From the NCBI GenBank assembly GCA_964487115.1, contig CAZAPD010000088.1:1-23819 (forward strand): 23,819 nt of DNA, given 5' to 3'. The stretch is from an uncultured Thermococci archaeon. GTDB lineage: Archaea > Methanobacteriota_B > Thermococci > Thermococcales > Thermococcaceae. Both the position numbers and the translations under genes were made by a program. How positions within the stretch are numbered: the first letter of the stretch is position 1; each line of letters begins with the position of its first letter. Shown here piece after piece: positions 16,647 through 23,819 of the stretch. The notes under the pieces were generated by a model, which was not told the origin of the DNA, searched no databases, and saw nothing but the letters and a program-made list of their open reading frames with translations.

Positions 16647-17663
16647 ATGGGGATACATGAAGAGGCGTTTGTGTTTGATGCCCATTCCGACATTTTATAC
16701 AACGTCTTTAGGGAGCATAAAGCCGGCAGGAAAAATGTTATAGCTGAAGATTTTCTCCCGGACATGAAGAAAGGAGGAATAAACGCCAGAGTACTTGCGA
16801 TATACCTTGATAATAGCTCCTTACCAGAAATGGCATTGAGGCATGCTTTGGACTACATCTCAAACTTCTATGAAGAGCTTGAGAACACTCCGGAAATCTC
16901 GCTCTGCCGCAACTACAAGGAGATAATGGATGCGCATAACAAAGGAAAGATAGCCTTTATCCTTGGGATGGAAGGTGCAGAGCCCTTAGAAAACGATATT
17001 GATTTGCTCAGAATATTCCACGAGCTGGGGCTTAGGGTGCTCACCCTAACACACAGCAGACGGAATTACATAGGAGATGGTGCATTTTTAAAGCCGCAGA
17101 AATCGGGAACACCGGGAGGATTATCTCCGTTTGGCATTGAAGTGCTTGAAGAAGCCCATAAACTTGGAATAATTATAGATGTCTCCCATTTAAACGACCC
17201 GGGCTTCTGGGATGTTGTGGAATTCTCAAGTGATCCCATTATTGCATCTCATTCGAACTGCAGAGCACTTGTAAATCATCCGAGAAACTTGACAGATGAG
17301 CAGATAAAGGCAATAGCAGAGAGAGATGGGGTTATTGGTATGAATGCTGCAGGTCTTTTTGTTGATGAGGAGGCACCGACACTCGATAAGCTAATTGACC
17401 ATATAGACCACATAGTGGAGCTTGTTGGAGTTAAGCACGTGGGATTGGGATTTGACTTCTTCGATTACACGCTTAAGTATCTCAGTGAAGAGGAGAGGAG
17501 ATACCTGCCTCTGGATAACATATACACAAAGGACCTCGTGGGTGATACTGATGTTCCAAAACTCACTGAGAAACTCATTGAGAGAGGATACAGTGAGCGA
17601 GACATCAAGCGTATTCTTGGAGAAAACTTCCTGGAGGTTTTTAAAAAGGTTGTAGGTGGTTGA
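16647..17663 (+). CDS. Membrane/renal-type dipeptidase, peptidase family M19
   Basis: DAHSD, MEG, LTH..RN, DVSH, ASHSN..RNLTD, GFDF motifs; ATG at 16647 after GAGGTG. Confidence 0.9.
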   Translation: MGIHEEAFVFDAHSDILYNVFREHKAGRKNVIAEDFLPDMKKGGINARVLAIYLDNSSLPEMALRHALDYISNFYEELENTPEISLCRNYKEIMDAHNKGKIAFILGMEGAEPLENDIDLLRIFHELGLRVLTLTHSRRNYIGDGAFLKPQKSGTPGGLSPFGIEVLEEAHKLGIIIDVSHLNDPGFWDVVEFSSDPIIASHSNCRALVNHPRNLTDEQIKAIAERDGVIGMNAAGLFVDEEAPTLDKLIDHIDHIVELVGVKHVGLGFDFFDYTLKYLSEEERRYLPLDNIYTKDLVGDTDVPKLTEKLIERGYSERDIKRILGENFLEVFKKVVGG

Positions 17664-17664
17664 A

Positions 17665-19095
17665 ATGAGCTCTGGTGGCTTAAAGAAAGAAGTTACATTT
17701 TTTGGTTTGCTTGCCTTTGGAATGGCAGGCATAATTGGAACGAGCTGGACATACATGAACACAAGGTTCTACAAGCTCTATGGGCCTGGAGGTGTCATTT
17801 TTGGCTTTATGATCGGGACCCTCATGGCTGCCCTCATTGCTCTATCCTATGCCGAACTTGGGGCTGCGATCAAAAGGGAAGGGGGAGAAGTGGCATTTGC
17901 ATATCCAGTCTTTGGAGTTAAGGGTTCGTTCTTTGCGGCATGGATGCTATTCCTTGGATACATAACAGGGGCAATGAGTTTCTATGTTATAGGCTTACCC
18001 TTACTCCTAAGCTGGTTCTTCCCTCAGCTTAACACAATCCCAATATACTCCATAGCTGGAACTCCCGTGTATCTGCCTTCATTGCTTTTAGGAATTGCAG
18101 GGGCACTGTTTTTCTTCTATCTGAACTACAGAGGTGTTAAACTCGCTCAGGGATTTCAGATGGTAATGTTCCTGACACTTATTGGAATTGGTGCATTGGC
18201 TTTAATAGTTGCTCTGGCTAAAGGCTCGCTTTCCAACATGCATCCGCTCTTTCCAAAAGGGACTTCTCCACTTGAATCTCCTCTGAGATTTACCTTAATA
18301 ACAATTGGATATCTCACTGGATTCTCCATGCTAACCATGATCGGTGAGGAAAGTGCTGTTACAGAAAAGAAATTTGGATTAGCGATAGTTCTCTCAGTGA
18401 CTTTGGCTGGGTTCTTCTACATACTCGAAATGTTTGCTGGGGCAATCATGCTCCCTGTTTCTCAGTCTATAAACCTGAGCAGGGGTTTGATAGATGAAAT
18501 GGCAACAATAGCTAAACCGTTGGGTTATGTAATGTGGCTGGCAGGGTTTATTGGGTTGGTTACGAGCTGGAATGCTGCTGTTCTTGCCGGCTCAAGGCTT
18601 GTCTTCAGCATGTCCAGAATGGGACTATTGCCTGAGACCTTTTCAAAGCTACATGACAAATACGGCACACCCACAAATGCTCTTATTTTAGCCACGATAG
18701 TGTCGATCTGCTTTGGAATGCTTGGATTGGGAGCATTGGTCTGGTTCCTCGACATAACAGGAGTCGCAATTGGTGTTGCATGGGGTATTTCGGTTATATC
18801 CATGATAGTCATGAGGAGGAAATACCCACAGCTGGAGAGACCATTCAGAACACCCGGCGGAATATTAACGGGTATAATCGCTCTTATCCTTGTTGCAGTG
18901 GTTGTAATATTGCCACTAATTCCGGGGACTTCAATGAGCTTAGAATGGCCTCATGAGTATGGTGTTTTGATACTGTGGCTTATATTGGGAGCGATTCTCT
19001 ACTATTCCTCGAAGAGGAGGTGGGAGCAGCTTGGAATAGAAACTATCGCCAGAAATCTGCTTGGAGAGTACTATGACAAGCTCTACAGGAAGTGA
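17665..19095 (+). CDS. APC family amino acid/polyamine permease
   Basis: GIIGTS, SYAELG...GG, GF...EE, SRLVFSMSR.GLLP, HDKYGTP, RPFRTP motifs; 12 TM. Confidence 0.92.
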   Translation: MSSGGLKKEVTFFGLLAFGMAGIIGTSWTYMNTRFYKLYGPGGVIFGFMIGTLMAALIALSYAELGAAIKREGGEVAFAYPVFGVKGSFFAAWMLFLGYITGAMSFYVIGLPLLLSWFFPQLNTIPIYSIAGTPVYLPSLLLGIAGALFFFYLNYRGVKLAQGFQMVMFLTLIGIGALALIVALAKGSLSNMHPLFPKGTSPLESPLRFTLITIGYLTGFSMLTMIGEESAVTEKKFGLAIVLSVTLAGFFYILEMFAGAIMLPVSQSINLSRGLIDEMATIAKPLGYVMWLAGFIGLVTSWNAAVLAGSRLVFSMSRMGLLPETFSKLHDKYGTPTNALILATIVSICFGMLGLGALVWFLDITGVAIGVAWGISVISMIVMRRKYPQLERPFRTPGGILTGIIALILVAVVVILPLIPGTSMSLEWPHEYGVLILWLILGAILYYSSKRRWEQLGIETIARNLLGEYYDKLYRK

Positions 19096-19120
19096 CACTT
19101 TTTTATTATTTTCCTTTTCT
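19096..19120 (+). terminator. Oligo-T terminator of the dppA-dipeptidase-permease operon
   Basis: CACTTTTTTATTATTTTCCTTTTCT immediately after the TGA, between convergent genes. Confidence 0.6.
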
Positions 19121-19127
19121 CCTAATT

Positions 19128-20294
19128 CTATTCCTCATATCCAACAAACAGAACCCATATCGCAAGAACTGCCATACCGTAAAGTGCTCCTGTTATAAGG
19201 AAAGGAACTGTAAGCGAATAATCAAAAATCCTTCCTCCAATATACTGTCCAATACCAAAGGTGGAAGTCCATGCAAAGCTTCTCAGAGCTATTGAAGTCG
19301 CCCTCTCCCCTTTAGTGAAAAACTTCAGAGTAAAAGCATCCCATATCGGATTAACAATGTTCATGAGGATTGTCCTTATTGTATAAATTAGGGCGGCGAT
19401 TAAAAAGCTTGGAGCAAACGGTAGGGCAACAATCAGGCCGGTTGCACTCCCATTAAAACCCACGACGGTTTTAACGCTCCCAACTCTATCCACTATGAGG
19501 GGCATAATAAACATGCCAAATGCCATAACCATCTGCTGAAAGGCAAATAACCCACCTATGCTCTCCAAACTTGTTCCAAAGCTGAGATTAAACCAGAGGC
19601 CCATATAGGGTATGGTAATCCCTGCACCGAGTCCTATGAGAACGTTAGGGAGGGCAAATTTGGCTATTCTAATCAACAAATATCTCCTTAGTCTGAGCTT
19701 CTTTTCTTCCCTGTCCAGAACAGGAGAAACAAGTGCTATCAGGAACATCTGGATTATCAGAAACGAAATTGCGAACAACAATGTGTATCTGTATGGATAT
19801 GAACCGCCGAGGATTTTTGGCAGGGCCCCTCCGAGCATCATGCCAAAAGCAGCTCCCGCGGTTCCAAGTGCACTATTTAGGGTGAAAAGGTAGTGTCTTT
19901 TTTCATCTGTAGTTTCACTGCTTAAGAGTGCGGTTAATGCAGGCCATTCTAAAGCTGTTCCCATTCCAAGGAACATTGATGCTATCATCAAGATCCAAAA
20001 AACTGGGAAGAAAACTTGAAGCATTCTCGCGATCATATAGAAAAACAATGATAGGAGCACCGTTCTTTTATATCCAAGTCTGACACTCACCTGACCTGAG
20101 ACCAGAAGGAGGAGGGATTGCACTATCGTTGAAACTGAGAAAAGACTTCCTATCTCCGTGAAGTCCATGCCCAATGCTTTGAAGTAAAAGGGCAGTATAA
20201 ACCATGTTATGTTGCCTCCCAGCCATCCGAAGAAAGAGTAAGCAACAACGAGCTTTGCATCTCTGCTAAAGCCTCTATACTCATTCAAGTTCAT
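19128..20294 (-). CDS. MFS transporter
   Basis: 12 TM; GQVSVRLGYKR and DRVGSVK MFS loop motifs. Confidence 0.88.
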   Translation of the reverse strand: MNLNEYRGFSRDAKLVVAYSFFGWLGGNITWFILPFYFKALGMDFTEIGSLFSVSTIVQSLLLLVSGQVSVRLGYKRTVLLSLFFYMIARMLQVFFPVFWILMIASMFLGMGTALEWPALTALLSSETTDEKRHYLFTLNSALGTAGAAFGMMLGGALPKILGGSYPYRYTLLFAISFLIIQMFLIALVSPVLDREEKKLRLRRYLLIRIAKFALPNVLIGLGAGITIPYMGLWFNLSFGTSLESIGGLFAFQQMVMAFGMFIMPLIVDRVGSVKTVVGFNGSATGLIVALPFAPSFLIAALIYTIRTILMNIVNPIWDAFTLKFFTKGERATSIALRSFAWTSTFGIGQYIGGRIFDYSLTVPFLITGALYGMAVLAIWVLFVGYEE

Positions 20295-20502
20295 GGAGAG
20301 GAATTGGGGGATTCGCTTATAAATCTATCGAAACGTTAAAACCCTTACATATTCCTATAAAATTTTGAAGATTTAACCAAAAAATTTATTAACGTTTCTA
20401 AGTCATTACATTGTGCTTAAATCACTTAAAAAGGCTTATTTAGGCTTAAATCAGAGGATTAAATAAGCTCCTTTTTGATATCAAAGATAAATAATAAAGG
20501 AA

Positions 20503-21966
20503 TCAAAAACCTGCCATAAACTTTTCGATAGCCTTTTCAGTTTCTTTGTGCGTTTTTCCTGCAAGGATTATGACTCTATAGTTAGAGTTGTAAGGATTGC
20601 GGAGTATTTTAACCACATATCCTTTGCTGTTTATCTCGTTTTTGATTGATGCGATCATCTCACTGCCGTATGCATTTTCGAGCACTTTCCAAGCCTTGTT
20701 GCTGACCCATCCCCCAACGATTATGATGTTTTTGTTTGAGGGTAGCTTCGTTAGCTCTGTGTCGTTGATTATAAGTTCCCTAACGTTGTTGGTTACTTCA
20801 ACCTTGGGAGCAGTTATTGTCACTGTTTTTTGCACGCTATCTATACGAATAAATTTGTATCCTTGAACACCGATTATATTGCCGTTGCTGTCCTTTTCAA
20901 ACACTGCCTTTATGTGGAGACCACCGTTAATCGGAAGTGCTATCATGTCATTTTCGTCAATAAAGACCTTTGGAAACTTTTTGTTTGACGTATTAACATG
21001 CAAGTACAGTGTAAATAGATTGTTCGCGGGGTCTATATCCCAGACCCATTGTCCACTGTAAATTTCCCCATCCTGATACATACGAAGCTTTTTATAATAT
21101 GTATAGTTGTATATGACTTGATCAGTATTTTGTCCTTGGAATATATTGGTAGGGTTGAATACAAGCATCTCTTTGATTCCTGCTTTCAGTAGGTCATTGA
21201 TTCTGGTTTGAGGATCTGTGGTATATTCCTCATAATGTTCGTCGTTGCTGGAATCAAGGTAGAGAATGTAATATCTGCCCTCATACATAAGCTTGATATC
21301 TTTTTTGTACGGGCTTGAAACCTCAACCAGCATGTTGTTGCCACTGGTATCTATGTCTTGGAATTTTATCCTCCAGATGCCTACGGTCAAGGATTCATCA
21401 ATTTTTTTCATCCCTTTACCTTCAGTATAATTGTATATGTAAAGTGTGTCTTTTCCATTCACTGTGGAGGATACTATTTTGGTGTTTTCACTGCCTAATT
21501 TCAGAGGTGTGGTGTTTTCGTTGAATATTATTTCAATGCTCCTATCGTTGAATTGGGCTTTTTTTGCAGTTGAATTGTAGAAAACCCTTGAGAAGTTAAC
21601 TGCAACTACAATGTTGTGGCCAATCGGTTCATCACCTACATTCAAACCTACATCTGGCATGTCAACCGAATTAAGCTTATAATACTGGCCGTAATCTTCT
21701 ATGAGAACGCTGTGATACTCAACAGGAACCGTTACTTTAACTGCATATGCCCCCTCAGTTATCCCCTGAAGGACAAGAAACGCTCCCAGTTTTGATCCTG
21801 CTATGGCATCTTCTCCTATGTGGAGGGGGACACCATTGACTATCTTGGTGGTTGGAAGAACTATCACTGAGTTTGCCGAGTTGATCTTAAAGCTATACCC
21901 CTGTGCCATGCCAAAAGTAGCGGTTAAAAACAATAGCGCTGTCAGGATTGCAATTTTTTTCCTCAT
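20503..21966 (-). CDS. Secreted S-layer-domain-like (glyco)protein
   Basis: Signal peptide MRKKIAILTALLFLTATFGMAQG; C-terminal NIIIVGGWVSNK...VIILAG...T motif of Thermococcales S-layer-type proteins; 7 N-x-S/T sequons. Confidence 0.75.
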   Translation of the reverse strand: MRKKIAILTALLFLTATFGMAQGYSFKINSANSVIVLPTTKIVNGVPLHIGEDAIAGSKLGAFLVLQGITEGAYAVKVTVPVEYHSVLIEDYGQYYKLNSVDMPDVGLNVGDEPIGHNIVVAVNFSRVFYNSTAKKAQFNDRSIEIIFNENTTPLKLGSENTKIVSSTVNGKDTLYIYNYTEGKGMKKIDESLTVGIWRIKFQDIDTSGNNMLVEVSSPYKKDIKLMYEGRYYILYLDSSNDEHYEEYTTDPQTRINDLLKAGIKEMLVFNPTNIFQGQNTDQVIYNYTYYKKLRMYQDGEIYSGQWVWDIDPANNLFTLYLHVNTSNKKFPKVFIDENDMIALPINGGLHIKAVFEKDSNGNIIGVQGYKFIRIDSVQKTVTITAPKVEVTNNVRELIINDTELTKLPSNKNIIIVGGWVSNKAWKVLENAYGSEMIASIKNEINSKGYVVKILRNPYNSNYRVIILAGKTHKETEKAIEKFMAGF

Positions 21967-21995
21967 ATGTACTCACCAAACATATGATTCTCCTG

Positions 21996-22007
21996 AAGGT
22001 TTATAAC
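21996..22007 (+). promoter_or_regulatory. BRE/TATA promoter for the C/D sRNA (and downstream genes)
   Basis: AAGG-TTTATAAC positioned ~25 bp before the sRNA 5' end. Confidence 0.55.
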
Positions 22008-22028
22008 TTTTCCCGGTTAAAAATATCC

Positions 22029-22081
22029 TGCGATGATGAGTGAATCCAATGCTGAGGGATGATGAAAGCAAATCCTGAGCA
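22029..22081 (+). ncRNA. Archaeal C/D-box methylation guide sRNA
   Basis: C box ATGATGA 22033-22039, D' CTGA 22052-22055, C' ATGATGA 22059-22065, D CTGA 22075-22078; short TGC/GCA terminal stem; intergenic. Confidence 0.9.
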
Positions 22082-22099
22082 TATGTTGTTAGGGTGGAA

Positions 22100-23140
22100 A
22101 TGATGATTATAATAACAGGCACGAAATATGAGGCAGTTCTGAAAGAAGCCAACCACAGAAAGATTCTCTTCCCAGAATATGGCAAGAATCGGACACTACT
22201 CATGGACTTTGTGAGCTTCCTTGAGGGAGATGAGGTAATTGTGACGGCCAGTCTTGAGCTAATAGACCTTTTACTCATGAACTTCAGAGGCGATGAGAAT
22301 CGAATCGTCTATTCCAACACAGGAGGATCGGTAACATTTAATGAAGCTTATGGCTTGAGAAAGTATTTGGATTTTGATCTGAGAGGTAGAGAAAACGCAA
22401 ATACCTCAAAGGTTTCAGTCCTATTTGTCGAAGGAAAAACCGATTCAAAGTTTTTTAAAGCAGCATATAAGAAAGTTTTTGGATTTAGAGAGTCACGGAG
22501 CAGAAGAAAAGCACGGGAGGTTCCGGAAAATTTAAAGCCTATGGAATGTCTTTTTGAGCGGGATAACTACGAGTTGGTGGTTAAGAACGGCTCGTATATT
22601 GCAATAATTCCCAGTGAAGGGAACTCGGGAGTAATAAGGAATCTCAGGAATTTTCTCAGGGCTATGGAGGTTTTTGGGTTCAGTGTAAATAAAATAGGGC
22701 TGGCAATTGACATGGATGACAGTAAAGAGCATGTCATGGAATCAATAACTGGAAAGCTGTCACCATTCGAATATAAAAAGTCCGGGGATAAATTCCTCTT
22801 TGGCAGCACCATCATAATACCCCTGCTGATTGGGACAGAGATCGAGCTGAATCCATGCATAGAATGGCAAAAGCCAGCGATTGAGGATTTTATGCTTGCG
22901 GTGTTGCAGGCAGATGGAACATTAGAAAAACTTGAGAGGGCAATAAATATACTGTGTATTGACCTGAGAAGGAAGCTCAAGCCCAAAGAAGTAATCTATT
23001 TAGCAATGGCCGCAAAGAAGTTCTGGGGAAACCTTGAAGGATTCTACGAGATGATGGTAATGAGAACTCCCCGCTGGAAAATGGAAAAAATCCTAAAGAG
23101 GGGCGGGATTTATGAAAAAATGCGAGAGGTGATACCATGA
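22100..23140 (+). CDS. DUF3226-like TOPRIM-fold protein with an N-terminal extension
   Basis: VLFVEGKTDSKF and LAIDMD (TOPRIM E and DxD), IEDF motif; start at ATG 22100 or 22103. Confidence 0.75.
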   Translation: MMIIITGTKYEAVLKEANHRKILFPEYGKNRTLLMDFVSFLEGDEVIVTASLELIDLLLMNFRGDENRIVYSNTGGSVTFNEAYGLRKYLDFDLRGRENANTSKVSVLFVEGKTDSKFFKAAYKKVFGFRESRSRRKAREVPENLKPMECLFERDNYELVVKNGSYIAIIPSEGNSGVIRNLRNFLRAMEVFGFSVNKIGLAIDMDDSKEHVMESITGKLSPFEYKKSGDKFLFGSTIIIPLLIGTEIELNPCIEWQKPAIEDFMLAVLQADGTLEKLERAINILCIDLRRKLKPKEVIYLAMAAKKFWGNLEGFYEMMVMRTPRWKMEKILKRGGIYEKMREVIP

Positions 23141-23819
23141 GGCTGGTATCATTTGATGTATGGAATACCCTGTTAGATATAAATCTCATGCTCGATGAAA
23201 TAGCAGTTGCCATAGCAAAAATCTCTGGTCAGTGCATAGCAGACGTAACAATTGCAATAATGACTGCAAGAAGTACAATTAAAGAACTTAGAAAAGAAAA
23301 AAAGGGAAATCCGGAGAGAGCGCTGGAAGAAAGTCAGGAACTTCTGGCTGAGATTCTGAGTGTTGATGTTGAAATAATCAAAAGAGCCGCTGCAGTGTCA
23401 GTTTTAAACGTTGGCGATGATATTGTGATGGATGGTGCCTTAGAAACCCTGAAGCAGGTTAAATCAAGAGGTTATACTACCATAACGGTTGGCAACGTAA
23501 TGTTCTGGCCATCAACCTATACGAGGCTTCTTCTTGAACGCTTTGGGCTGGCTGAGTTCATAGATCGGCAGTTCTATTCCGATGAGGTGAGAGCATACAA
23601 GCCCATGAGGGAGTTCTTTGAGAAGGCACTTTCATCTTTTAATGTGCGGCCTGAAGAGGCCATCCACATCGGCGACACCTACGCGGAGGACTTTGAAGGA
23701 GCATTAAGGACAGGAATGTGGGCGGTCTGGATAAACCCGGAGGCCGATGGAGTGAGGAGAATCCACGAGAGGGGCTTTGAAGTGCCGGACGTTAAGGGAA
23801 TTCTGGAGGTTCTGAAGAG
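23137..23819 (+). CDS. HAD-superfamily hydrolase (3'-truncated by the window)
   Basis: Not in the ORF track; manual translation MRLVSFDVWNTLL...GNVMFWP...SDEVRAYKP...IHIGDTYAED...; ATGA overlap with the upstream stop; open to the window end. Confidence 0.9.
   Translation, partial: MRLVSFDVWNTLLDINLMLDEIAVAIAKISGQCIADVTIAIMTARSTIKELRKEKKGNPERALEESQELLAEILSVDVEIIKRAAAVSVLNVGDDIVMDGALETLKQVKSRGYTTITVGNVMFWPSTYTRLLLERFGLAEFIDRQFYSDEVRAYKPMREFFEKALSSFNVRPEEAIHIGDTYAEDFEGALRTGMWAVWINPEADGVRRIHERGFEVPDVKGILEVLK

Noticed and set aside
21999..22007. GTT-TAT-AAC as a SurR site
   Set aside because: Only the short motif, it coincides with the TATA box, and the extended GTTn3AACn5GTT is absent
22100..22142. 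Third ATGATGA and a downstream CTGA as a tandem sRNA
   Set aside because: ATGATG is the DUF3226 start; internal boxes are absent and the spacing is too short
1..23819. Integrase/transposase, intein, tRNA or rRNA explaining the GC shifts
   Set aside because: None recognisable; the high-GC patches are ordinary coding sequence with C/G-ending codons

Overview
Thermococcales (Thermococcus-like) chromosomal window with about 23 CDSs and one C/D-box sRNA; I found no CRISPR, tRNA/rRNA or transposase. Between housekeeping-type genes (iorA 3' end, DUF4152, HAN/RecJ-like nuclease, PadR-MFS, PaaI thioesterase, DUF2240-nicotinamidase, AI-2E transporter, S-layer-like protein, DUF3226, HAD hydrolase) sit two accessory modules whose enzymes share a D-amino-acid theme. 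Module 1: a divergent Lrp/AsnC regulator, a YhdT + Na+/solute symporter pair, an N-acyl-D-amino-acid deacylase, a PLP-dependent broad-specificity amino-acid racemase (BAR-like) and a COG2150 regulator. Module 2: M55 D-aminopeptidase, M19 dipeptidase and an APC permease. Together they suggest a D-amino-acid/D-peptide scavenging system. About 390-23600 is low-GC (~35-45% in hand-counted samples) and is bounded by ~57-65% GC sequence, with the switches falling inside genes. A further high-GC patch in the 3' part of the HAN gene ends at a duplicated gene end. This pattern suggests a recombination mosaic. Family assignments come from motif recognition and memory, not database searches.
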